Shown one piece after another: positions 10,904 to 19,693 of a stretch of DNA of 64,000 bases; position 1 is the stretch's first letter, and every line of letters starts with the position of its first letter. The position numbers were made by a program, and so were the translations under genes. Below the pieces are notes generated by a model. It had not been told where the DNA came from. It did no database searches and worked only from the letters and a program-made list of their open reading frames with translations. The DNA is taken from contig VXMU01000118.1 in the NCBI GenBank assembly GCA_009840945.1, positions 2,454 to 66,453 on the forward strand, written 5' to 3'. Origin of the DNA: Chloroflexota bacterium. Its GTDB lineage: Bacteria > Chloroflexota > Dehalococcoidia > UBA2979.

Positions 10904-11956
10904 ATGGCTGGAGGACATAACCGGGGGCTCGTCCAGACCGTGCTCGGTCCGGTCGAGCCCTCGGCGCTCGGCCCCACGACGACGCACGAGCACCTCCACA
11001 GTGACCTCTCGTTCCTGTTCCGCCCGGCACGCCACGCGCCGTCACGGGAGCTCGAGGAGGCCTCGATCACCCTCGAGAACCTCGGGTGGATCCGGCGGCA
11101 CTACTACAGCAACCACTCGAACCTCCGGCTCTCGGACGTGGACATCGCCATCCGCGAGGCGCGGATGTACCGCGAGGTCGGCGGCCGCACGATCGTCGAC
11201 GCGACCACGAGTGGCATCGGGCGCGACCCCGAGGTGCTGGTCCGCATCGCGCGCGCGTCGGGCGTGCACATCGTCATGGGCGCCGGCTTCTACGTGGACG
11301 CGAAGCACCCCGACGACATGGACGAGCGGAGCGTCGAGGACCTCGCGGCAGAGATCGTCGCGGACATTACCGAGGGCGTCGGCGACACCGGCGTCCGCGC
11401 GGGCGTCATCGGCGAGGTGGGCTGCGGGTGGCCGGTGACGGCGAACGAGCGGAAGTCACTGACCGCCTCGGCCGTCGCGCAGCGGGCGAGCGGCGCGGCG
11501 GTCCTCATCCACCCCGGCCGCAACGAGGGCGCGCCCGCCGAGATCCTCGATGTGCTGGCGGACGGCGGGGCCGACCTCTCGCGGGTGATCATGGGGCACC
11601 TCGACCGCACGGTGTTCGACTTCGACATGCTGCGAGGCATCGCCGAGTCCGGCTGCTATCTCGAATGGGACCTGTTCGGGAACGAGGGGTCGTACTACCC
11701 GCAGGCGGAGATCGACATGCCCAGCGACGCACAGCGGCTCGACCTCATCAAGCGCATCGTCGACGAGGGCTACGGCGACCGCGTCGTGCTCGCGCACGAC
11801 ATCTTCACCAGGCACCGCCTGGTGACGTACGGCGGGCACGGCTATGGCCACATCCTCCAGAACATCGTCCCGGTCATGGCGCGCAAGGGCTTCTCCGAGG
11901 CGCAGATCGAGGCGATCACGGTCGGCAACCCGGCGGCCGTCCTCACCCTCGCCTGA
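10904..11956 (+). CDS. Phosphotriesterase-related (PTER/Php, amidohydrolase fold) protein
   Basis: In-frame ATG at 10904 (MAGGHNRGLVQTVLGP...), with the TTTHEHL HxH metal motif. 350 aa. It starts 27 bp after the katG stop. Confidence 0.8.
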   Translation: MAGGHNRGLVQTVLGPVEPSALGPTTTHEHLHSDLSFLFRPARHAPSRELEEASITLENLGWIRRHYYSNHSNLRLSDVDIAIREARMYREVGGRTIVDATTSGIGRDPEVLVRIARASGVHIVMGAGFYVDAKHPDDMDERSVEDLAAEIVADITEGVGDTGVRAGVIGEVGCGWPVTANERKSLTASAVAQRASGAAVLIHPGRNEGAPAEILDVLADGGADLSRVIMGHLDRTVFDFDMLRGIAESGCYLEWDLFGNEGSYYPQAEIDMPSDAQRLDLIKRIVDEGYGDRVVLAHDIFTRHRLVTYGGHGYGHILQNIVPVMARKGFSEAQIEAITVGNPAAVLTLA

Positions 11957-12041
11957 CCCTGCCGCGCGGCCCGCGCCGCGCGTTGACCCGCCGGGTGCGT
12001 CTCCCTAGGCTCACGGTGGACACCATGAGGAGGGTGAGGAC

Positions 12042-13202
12042 ATGGACTTCGAGATGCCCGCCGAGGTGCTCGATTTCCGCGCGCAGGTGCAGGACTTCAT
12101 CGCCACGCACCGCACGCCCGAACTCGACGCCGAGATCGCCGAACACCACATTCACGGCTACGGCCCCGCCGCGCAGGCCTTCATGCAGGCGATGGCGCGC
12201 GAGGGCCTCGCCGCCGTCGCGTGGCCCGAGGAGTACGGGGGCCAGGGCAAGGGCGCGCTCTTCCTCTGGGCGCTCGCCGAGGAGTGCTCCCGCGAGGGCG
12301 TGCCCTTCGACACCCTGACCTTCATCTCCGTCGGCCCGATGATCATGCGCAACGGCACCGAGGAGCAGAAGCAGGACATCCTGCCGAAGGTGCTGCGCGG
12401 CGAGATGAACTTCGCCATCGGCTACACGGAGCCCAACGCCGGGACGGACCTCGCCTCGCTCCAGACGCGCGCCACGCGCGACGGCGACGAGTGGGTGATC
12501 AACGGCCAGAAGATCTACACCTCTTCGGCCCACCTCGCGACGCACGTCTGGCTGGCGGCGCGCAGCGACCCCGACGCGCCGAAGCACCGCGGCATCTCGA
12601 CCTACGTGCTGCCGCTCAACACGCCAGGCATCACCGTGCGCCCGCTCTGGGTGATGGGCGAGGGGCGCACCAACGAGACGTTCTACGAGGATGTCCGCAT
12701 CCCCGCCGACTCGCTGATCGGCGAGGAGAACCGCGGCTGGTACATCGTCAGCGGCGCGCTGGACCTCGAGCGCGTGGCGATCGGCACCTACCGCCCGCTG
12801 GAGAAGACCGTCGAGGACCTCCTCGCGCACATCAGGGCCGAACGGCCCGAGCTGCAGGGTGACGCGTTCGCCCGCAACGCCGTGGCGGACGCGCTGATGC
12901 GCGTCGAGGTGGCCCGCGCGCTCGCCACGAACAACGCGGCGATGGTGCACAGCGGCCTCATCCCCACGATGGAAGCGTCGATGGGCAAGGTCTGGACCTC
13001 GGACTCCCGCGAGCGCATCAACGACGCCTTCATGGACCTGCTCGGCCGCAGCGGCGGGATGCAGGTCGAAGCGGAGGGCGCCCCGCTGGATGGGGAGCTC
13101 GAGGCTGCGTGGCGCAGCGCGCCGCCGGGCCGGTTCGGCGGCGGCACCAACGACATCCAGCGGCGCATCATCGCCAACCGCGGCCTCGGCCTGCCACGCT
13201 AG
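12042..13202 (+). CDS. Acyl-CoA dehydrogenase
   Basis: 386 aa with ACAD N/M/C-domain pattern (GYTEPNAGTDLASL, WVINGQKIYTS, GGTNDIQRRIIA). GAGGAGGG RBS upstream. Confidence 0.9.
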   Translation: MDFEMPAEVLDFRAQVQDFIATHRTPELDAEIAEHHIHGYGPAAQAFMQAMAREGLAAVAWPEEYGGQGKGALFLWALAEECSREGVPFDTLTFISVGPMIMRNGTEEQKQDILPKVLRGEMNFAIGYTEPNAGTDLASLQTRATRDGDEWVINGQKIYTSSAHLATHVWLAARSDPDAPKHRGISTYVLPLNTPGITVRPLWVMGEGRTNETFYEDVRIPADSLIGEENRGWYIVSGALDLERVAIGTYRPLEKTVEDLLAHIRAERPELQGDAFARNAVADALMRVEVARALATNNAAMVHSGLIPTMEASMGKVWTSDSRERINDAFMDLLGRSGGMQVEAEGAPLDGELEAAWRSAPPGRFGGGTNDIQRRIIANRGLGLPR

Positions 13203-13355
13203 CGCGCGTCGCGGCTCCCCGGCCGGCCGCTGGCGGCGGGCGACTGTGAACGGCGCAGGCGAGTCGACGATCGTCGAGCAGGGGGCGTCGTCCGACGCGC
13301 CCTGCGCTCGCTGGGTATCCGGCCGTTCCGCTTCTTCTGGGCGAGCAACTTCATC

Positions 13356-14537
13356 GTGGCGATGGGCCTGATGGTGCAGTTCACCGCCCGCGCCTGGCTG
13401 GTGGTGCAGCTCACCGACTCGGCCCTGGTCCTCGGAGCGGTCGAGGCGTCGTGGGCTGTCACCTTCTCGCTGGGATCGATCCCGATGGGCCTCATCGCGG
13501 ACCGCTTCAACCGGCGCACGCTGCTGCTGATTGACAACGTGGCGGCAGTGCTCATGGCCCTCGTGCTCGGCGTGCTGGTCGTGACCGACCTCGTCGCGGT
13601 CTGGCACGTGTTCGTCGCGTCGCTCGTCGCCGGGCTGCTGGGCGCGGTGCGCTTCCCGGCGAGCCAGGCGATGACGGGCAGGCTCGTGCCGCAGGACCAC
13701 TTCATGAACGCTACCTCGCTGAACACGGCGAGCCACAGCGTGCCGAGCGTGGTCGGCCCCGCGCTCGGGGGGCTGCTCGTCGGCGGGGTGGGCGTCGGCG
13801 TTGCCTACTTCGCGACGTCGGGCGCGCACCTGGCCGCCGCCGTGATGCTGCTGTTCGGCGTCGCGGCCTCGTTCGGCTCGATCGAGCGCGACGACTCGCG
13901 CTCGATGACCGCCGACCTGCGACAGGCGATCGCGTACCTGCGCGCCGACGCGCACCTGCTGCGGCTGACGACGGTGGTCGTGATGCCGTTCGTCCTCGGC
14001 TCGTCGTACGTGCTGCTGCTCGCGCTGTTCGTCGAGGAGGAGCTGGGCGGCGGCGCGGCGATGTTCGGCTTCCTGAGCGCGTCGCTCGGCGCCGGCGGCG
14101 TGGTCGGGGCGATGGCCATCGCCGCCGTGGGGCGGCCGAGGCAGATCGGCTACCTCATGTTCCTCGGCATCGTGGGCATCGGCGCTGCGGCGCTGGTCTA
14201 CGGCTTCTCGCACTGGCTCCCGCTCACGGCGCTCGCCCTCATGGTGGGGGGCGCGGCGCAGAGCGCGATGTTCGTCTCCTACGAGACCTTCCTGCTGCTC
14301 CGCGTCCCGGACGAGATGCGAGGCCGCATCATGGGCCTCACCTTCACGATCTTCGGGCTCTTCCCGGCGGGCGCCATCTTCGCCGGCGCCCTCGCCGACA
14401 TCGTCGGCCTCCGCGCCGTCGCCATCCTCGAGGGCGTCGTCGTGCTGTTCCTCGCCGCGTTCGCGTGGCGGTTCGCGCTGCGCCACGTCGCCGGCGCGTC
14501 CGACGCCGAGACTGCGGACGCGACTGAGATGGTGTGA
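13356..14537 (+). CDS. MFS transporter (true start probably upstream; see findings)
   Basis: 393-aa ORF starting at GTG 13356, with 10 or more hydrophobic helices. MFS-like sequence (LRSLGIRPFRFFWASNFI) continues in-frame upstream, where there is no ATG, GTG or TTG. Confidence 0.8.
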   Translation: MAMGLMVQFTARAWLVVQLTDSALVLGAVEASWAVTFSLGSIPMGLIADRFNRRTLLLIDNVAAVLMALVLGVLVVTDLVAVWHVFVASLVAGLLGAVRFPASQAMTGRLVPQDHFMNATSLNTASHSVPSVVGPALGGLLVGGVGVGVAYFATSGAHLAAAVMLLFGVAASFGSIERDDSRSMTADLRQAIAYLRADAHLLRLTTVVVMPFVLGSSYVLLLALFVEEELGGGAAMFGFLSASLGAGGVVGAMAIAAVGRPRQIGYLMFLGIVGIGAAALVYGFSHWLPLTALALMVGGAAQSAMFVSYETFLLLRVPDEMRGRIMGLTFTIFGLFPAGAIFAGALADIVGLRAVAILEGVVVLFLAAFAWRFALRHVAGASDAETADATEMV

Positions 14538-14598
14538 TCACGGAGCGCCCGGAGTCGCGAGGAGCGGGGCAAGGGCTGGTCGCGGGGCGGGTGCGCCG

Positions 14599-15801
14599 CT
14601 ACGTCCTCGGCAGCCCCAGCCCGCGCGTCGCGATGATGTTGCGCTGGATCTCCGAGGTGCCCCCGGCGATCGTCATCGGCACCGAGAACACGTACGAGCG
14701 CGCGCCTCGCGCCGCCATCGGCGCACGCGGGTCGTCCTCGTCCCAGAGGTTCGAGTAGAGGCCGAACGCGTTCGCGGCGGTGCGGGCGATGCGCTGCGTC
14801 AGCTCCGTGCCGAACACCTTGCCCATCGACGCCTCGTAGTTCGGGACGCGCCCGGCGTCCTGCATCGAGGCGATCCGCAGGCAGAGGTTGTAGTGCACGT
14901 CGGCGGCGATGGCGATCTCCGCGACCTCGCGGCGCAGCGCCGGCGAGCTTGCCACGCGCGACCGCCCGCGCCCCTCGTCGCTGGCGAGGTAGTCGGCCAG
15001 CTCGCGCACGTCGCGGCGGACTGTCGCCGAGCCGGCGATGCCGGAGCGCTCGAAGTCGAGCGCGGTCGCGCCGACGTACCAGCCGCGGTTCTCCTCGCCG
15101 ATGCGGTTCTTGACCGGTACGTGGACGTCCTCGAAGAAGCTCTCGTTGAAGCCGTGCTCGCCGCCCATGTTGATGAGCGGGCGGAACTCCACGCCCGGCA
15201 GGTCGGTCGGGATCAGCAGCGCGCTGATGCCGCGGTGCTTCGGCGCGTCGGGGTCGGTCCGCACGGGCACCCACAGGTAGTCGGCGAGATGGCCGTTCGA
15301 GGTCCAGATCTTCTGGCCGTTGACTACGTACTCGTCGCCGTCGCGCACCGCGCGCGTCTGCAGCGAGGCGAGATCCGAGCCCGCGCCGGGCTCGGAGAGC
15401 CCGGAGTGCATGAGCAGCTCGCCGCTCACCATCCGCGGCAGGAAGTCGCGCTTCTGCTCCTCGTCGCCGACGAGGATGATCGTCGGGCCGTACTGGATCA
15501 CGCCCGGCCCGCCGACGGCCGGCGCGTGGGCGGTCGCCATCTCCTCGCGCAGGATCGTCTGCGCCCAGATGGTGAGGCCGGCGCCGCCGTACTCCTCGGG
15601 CCAGTGGGGGGCGAACCACCTGCGCTCGGCGAGCGCGTTGGTCCAGTCCTCGGCGGCCTGGCGCTCCTCGGGGTCGTCGGAGCGCCGGTCGGCGGCCCAG
15701 TTGCCGCCGGGGGTGCGGTAGCGCTCGGGAAGCTGCGTGTCGAGCAGCTCGCGCACCTCGGCGCGGAAGGCGGCCTGCTCCGGGTTGTCGCTCCAGTCCA
15801 T
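14599..15801 (-). CDS. Acyl-CoA dehydrogenase
   Basis: 400 aa with GLSEPGAGSDLASL, YVVNGQKIWTS and GGTSEIQRNIIA. Confidence 0.9.
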   Translation of the reverse strand: MDWSDNPEQAAFRAEVRELLDTQLPERYRTPGGNWAADRRSDDPEERQAAEDWTNALAERRWFAPHWPEEYGGAGLTIWAQTILREEMATAHAPAVGGPGVIQYGPTIILVGDEEQKRDFLPRMVSGELLMHSGLSEPGAGSDLASLQTRAVRDGDEYVVNGQKIWTSNGHLADYLWVPVRTDPDAPKHRGISALLIPTDLPGVEFRPLINMGGEHGFNESFFEDVHVPVKNRIGEENRGWYVGATALDFERSGIAGSATVRRDVRELADYLASDEGRGRSRVASSPALRREVAEIAIAADVHYNLCLRIASMQDAGRVPNYEASMGKVFGTELTQRIARTAANAFGLYSNLWDEDDPRAPMAARGARSYVFSVPMTIAGGTSEIQRNIIATRGLGLPRT

Positions 15802-16021
15802 GCCGTGACCTTAGCCGACGCCCGCCCCACCCGCCACGCGCGCCGGCCGACGGCACGTGCTCTGTTTGAGGAGAAGGTTGTCACTAGCCTGCTGGCTCGA
15901 CGAGCCGATTGCGCAGGAATCTGACGGCCACATCTGCCCCGCTCAGCGGGGCCGGTCGGACGACGGGTCTCGCATAATCGCTGTCCAACAGTAATCCAAC
16001 AGGAACTGAGGTTCGTGCCAA

Positions 16022-16216
16022 CTACATCGCGGTGCTGCGCCTATGAACTCGCAGAAGCGTTAGCCCAGGAAGACCAGCCTCTTCCCGAACCGCCGCTCCT
16101 TCGTCTGCCGTCCCCCACCACAGCGCACCGTCCGTATCGTTCGACCACCCGATGGGGCTTGCACTCGCCAGATACTGCTTATCTTGTTCGTTGGCCAGTA
16201 CCCAGACGTACGGCAT
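16022..16216 (-). CDS. Small hypothetical protein (64 aa)
   Basis: ATG 16216 has GGAGG 4-5 nt upstream (MPYVWVLANEQDKQYL...). It lies in a lower-GC non-coding-looking island and I recognise no family. Confidence 0.3.
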   Translation of the reverse strand: MPYVWVLANEQDKQYLASASPIGWSNDTDGALWWGTADEGAAVREEAGLPGLTLLRVHRRSTAM

Positions 16217-16604
16217 CGGGCCTCCAGATCTAGTATCCACTCACCCGCAAGCGCTGCGGCTGAGCCTTTCCGTTCAGCCGCATACGCGGGTACACGAAAC
16301 TATAGCACACGACGTAGATGGCTAGTGCATGCCAGTGGTCCCCGAGCTTCCTCGAGTGGCGGTGCGTCTCCTGCGCAAGACGGCCCCATGGACATCTGCA
16401 TCGTGAGGTTCTGGCACTCGACAAGGGAAGTCGAGGTTACGCGCGATCTTCCAGTTCCCGACGAGCGCGAGCTCCCGCTCCACCTAACTGCAACCGCCCA
16501 TGCGTAACGGGGGCTGACTCAACTACCTGGCTGTCCACACGGTGTTCGCCCCATCGGGACAATGGGCGAAGACGTCTCGCCGAGATCCGTAGTGATTCCG
16601 CCGC

Positions 16605-17588
16605 GTGGTAGCATCCTCGCCCGTGGCGACTGTAGCCGTCATCGGCGCCGGGGCGGTCGGCTCCTACTACGGTGCGCGCCTCGCGCAGGCCGGGCACGAC
16701 GTGCGCTTCCTGCTCCGACGCGACTACGACGCCGTCGCCGCGCGCGGCCTGCGCATCGAGTCGCACCACGGCGACTTCACGCTCGAACGCCCCGCCATCG
16801 CCCGCGACGCTGCCGCCATCGGCCCCGTCGACTGGGTGTTGTGTGGCCTCAAGACCACCGCCCTCGACGACGCGGCCGCGCTCATCCGGCCGTGCCTCAC
16901 GCCCGAGACGCGCGTGCTCGCCATCATGAACGGCCTCGGCGTCGAGGAGAGCCTCGCCGGCTCGCTCGGCACGGGGCGCGTCTTCGGCGGGCTCGCCTTC
17001 ACATGCATCAACCGGGGCGAGCCCGGCGTCATCCACCACATCGAGTACGGGCAGGTCGGCATCGCGCACCTCGGCGACGACCCCGCCGAGCTCGACCGCG
17101 CCCTCGCGCTCTGGCAGGACGCGACCGTCGAGATCACGCGCCAGCCGTCGCTGCTGCGTGCGCGCTGGGAGAAGCTCTGCTGGAACGTGCCGTTCAACGG
17201 CCTGACCGTCGCTGCCGGGGGCGTCGACACCGAGGTGATCGTGACCGACCCCGCACTGCGCGCGGAGGCGCGCGCGCTCATGGAGGAGGTGGTGGCCGCG
17301 GGGAACGCCGACCTCGCCGCCGCGGGCGCCGCGGGCGCCGCTGAGCGCATCGACGGCGAGGCCGTCATCTCGCGCATGTTCGAGCTCACCGACGTGATGG
17401 GCCCGTACCGCCCCAGCACCCTCATCGACTACCTCGAGGGCCGTGCGATCGAGGTCGACGCCATCTTCGCGGAGCCGGCGCGCCGCGCGCGCGACCTCGG
17501 CGTGCCGACCCCGCGCATGGAGATGCTCACCGCGCTCCTCGCCCGGCTCGACCCCGCCAGGACCCCACCCCCGCAGGCGACGACGTGA
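16605..17588 (+). CDS. panE: 2-dehydropantoate 2-reductase (ketopantoate reductase)
   Basis: VAVIGAGAVGSYYGARLAQAGHDV Rossmann N-terminus and an ApbA/PanE-type C-terminal domain. The start could be GTG 16605 or GTG 16623. Confidence 0.8.
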   Translation: MVASSPVATVAVIGAGAVGSYYGARLAQAGHDVRFLLRRDYDAVAARGLRIESHHGDFTLERPAIARDAAAIGPVDWVLCGLKTTALDDAAALIRPCLTPETRVLAIMNGLGVEESLAGSLGTGRVFGGLAFTCINRGEPGVIHHIEYGQVGIAHLGDDPAELDRALALWQDATVEITRQPSLLRARWEKLCWNVPFNGLTVAAGGVDTEVIVTDPALRAEARALMEEVVAAGNADLAAAGAAGAAERIDGEAVISRMFELTDVMGPYRPSTLIDYLEGRAIEVDAIFAEPARRARDLGVPTPRMEMLTALLARLDPARTPPPQATT

Positions 17589-19669
17589 CTCGACGCCTGG
17601 CGGCGTCCCTCGGGCCGGCCGTCGCCGGCGCGGCCATGCTTGTGGCCGTCGTGGTCGTACTCGTGGCCACGGGGAGGGGCGCGGCGGCCCAGCCCGCCGC
17701 CGCGCAGGAGGCGGGCGCCGTCACGCTCACGCTCCTCCACAACAGCGATGGCGAGTCCACGCTCCTCCCACTGACGAACACTGTCGAGGTCGAGGGCGCC
17801 CGCACGGCGGTGCCCGTGGGCGGCGTCGCCGCGTACCAGGCCGTGGTCGGCCGCGAGGCCGCGGAGGCGCGGGCGCGCGGGCACGCCGTCCTCAACGTCT
17901 ACGCGGGCGACGCGTACCTCTCCAGCGCGACATTCGTGTGCGGCCAGGTCGAGGGGAACCCGTTCTTCGACGCGGTCGCGCAGGCCGCGATCCCCTACGA
18001 CGCCCACATCATCGGCAACCACGAGTTCGATAAGAGCCCGGACGCCCTCGAACGCTTCATCCGCGCCTTCGACGGCCAGCCGTTCCTCAGCGCGAACCTC
18101 GACTTCTCGGGCGAGCCCGGCTTCGACGACCTCCTCGACGCCGACGGCCTGATCGACGGCCCGGTCGAGGACGGCCGCGTGGTCGGCCGCTCGATGATCG
18201 TCACGGACGAGGTCACGGGTGCCCGCTTCGGGCTCGTGGGGGCGACCACGCCGGGGCTGCCGCTCATCTCCGTCCCCCGAGGGGTGACCGTCACGCCCGA
18301 CGTCACGACGATGGCCACCGCAGTCCAGGCCGAGGTCGACCGGCTCCTCGCGCGCGGCGTGAACCGGGTGATCCTGGTCAGCCACCTCCAGCACATCGGC
18401 GTCGACACCGAGCTCATCGGCCTGCTGCGCGGCGTCGACGTGGCCGTCGCCGGTGGTGGCGACGACCTGCTGCACAGCCCGGCCGCCGATGCCTCGTTGC
18501 AGCTCCTCCCCGGCGAGCGGTCGGAGGTGCGCGGCGCCTACCCCATCGAGGCGACCGACGCCGACGGCCGGACCGTCTACCTGGTCACAGCGCCCGGGAA
18601 CTACCAGTACGCGGGACGCCTCGATGTCCACTTCGACGCGGCGGGCGAGGTCGTCGGGGTGGTCGCCGAGGCGAGCTACGCGCGCCCCGTCGTGCCCGGC
18701 GGCGACGCCGCGACCGCAGCGGGGTTCGCGGCCAGCGTCGAGCCGAACGCGGCGCTCCTCGACGCGGTGGAGCGACCGGTGGCCGAGTGCCTCGCCGGCC
18801 TCGCAACGACGCGCGTCGCGACCACCGAGGTGCTCATCGATGTCTCGCGCACGACCGTGCGGACGCGAGGGGGCAACGGTGGGAACCTCGTCACCGACGC
18901 CTTCCTGTACAGCTACGACCGGTTCGCCGCGGACTTCGGGCTGCCGGCCCGCGGTCCGGACCGCCCGGTGGTCGCCCTGCAGAACGGCGGCGGCATCCGC
19001 CAGAACGCGGGCGACGTACTACCGACGAGCGGCTCGGTCCCGGGCGACATCTTCCTCGTGAACACCCTCGACGTGTTGCCGTTCGGCAACGGCGTCACGG
19101 TCATCCCGGGCGTGACCCCCGCCGACCTCAAGGCGGCCTTCGAGCACTCCATCTCGCGCTACCCCGCCGCCAGCGGTGGCTTCCTTCACGTCGCCGGCAT
19201 GACGGTCGTCTACGCCCCCGCGCTCGAGGTCGGCTCGCGGGTCCTCGCCGTCACGCTCGACGACGGAACGGCGATCGTCTCCGACGGCGTGGTCGCGCTC
19301 GGCGCGCCCTCCGTCACCGTCGTGACCAACAGCTTCACCGCGAGCGGCGGGGACGGCTACGCGATGCTCGATGAGTACGAGAGCCGACTTCACTTGCCGA
19401 TCAGCTACGAGCAGGCGCTCCGCGACTACCTGTCGAGCCTCGGCACCATTTCCGCGACCGACGCCCGCTACGCGCCGGACGGCGCGCCGAGGATCGTGTT
19501 CCTCGACGCGACCGAGCCCGCCAGCGCACAGCCCGACGCACCCGAGGCCGGCTCTGGCGGAGCTGCGCTCGGCTCCCCGCCGGGCACGCCGAGCCTCCAC
19601 GTGTTGCTGGCGATGCTGCTCGCCCTCGCGCTGACCGCCGGAGTGCGCCTCGCCACGCACCGGGGCTGA
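17585..19669 (+). CDS. Secreted bifunctional metallophosphatase/5'-nucleotidase with a C-terminal hydrophobic anchor
   Basis: GTGA start/stop overlap with panE. It has a signal-like N-terminus, metallophosphatase motifs (LLHNSDGES, AGDAY, GNHEFD), a 5'-nucleotidase C-domain and a terminal hydrophobic helix followed by RLATHRG. Confidence 0.85.
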   Translation: MTRRLAASLGPAVAGAAMLVAVVVVLVATGRGAAAQPAAAQEAGAVTLTLLHNSDGESTLLPLTNTVEVEGARTAVPVGGVAAYQAVVGREAAEARARGHAVLNVYAGDAYLSSATFVCGQVEGNPFFDAVAQAAIPYDAHIIGNHEFDKSPDALERFIRAFDGQPFLSANLDFSGEPGFDDLLDADGLIDGPVEDGRVVGRSMIVTDEVTGARFGLVGATTPGLPLISVPRGVTVTPDVTTMATAVQAEVDRLLARGVNRVILVSHLQHIGVDTELIGLLRGVDVAVAGGGDDLLHSPAADASLQLLPGERSEVRGAYPIEATDADGRTVYLVTAPGNYQYAGRLDVHFDAAGEVVGVVAEASYARPVVPGGDAATAAGFAASVEPNAALLDAVERPVAECLAGLATTRVATTEVLIDVSRTTVRTRGGNGGNLVTDAFLYSYDRFAADFGLPARGPDRPVVALQNGGGIRQNAGDVLPTSGSVPGDIFLVNTLDVLPFGNGVTVIPGVTPADLKAAFEHSISRYPAASGGFLHVAGMTVVYAPALEVGSRVLAVTLDDGTAIVSDGVVALGAPSVTVVTNSFTASGGDGYAMLDEYESRLHLPISYEQALRDYLSSLGTISATDARYAPDGAPRIVFLDATEPASAQPDAPEAGSGGAALGSPPGTPSLHVLLAMLLALALTAGVRLATHRG

Positions 19670-19693
19670 GGGGCGACGGCCACGCTCCTCGGC

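Noticed and set aside
11943-14486. 847-aa minus-strand ORF.
   Set aside because: It is antisense to the ACAD and MFS genes and has shadow-ORF composition.
16230-16507. Track ORFs 16230-16424 (minus strand) and 16184-16507 (plus strand) as genes.
   Set aside because: They have no RBS, poor codon bias and no motifs, and they overlap each other in a lower-GC non-coding-looking island.
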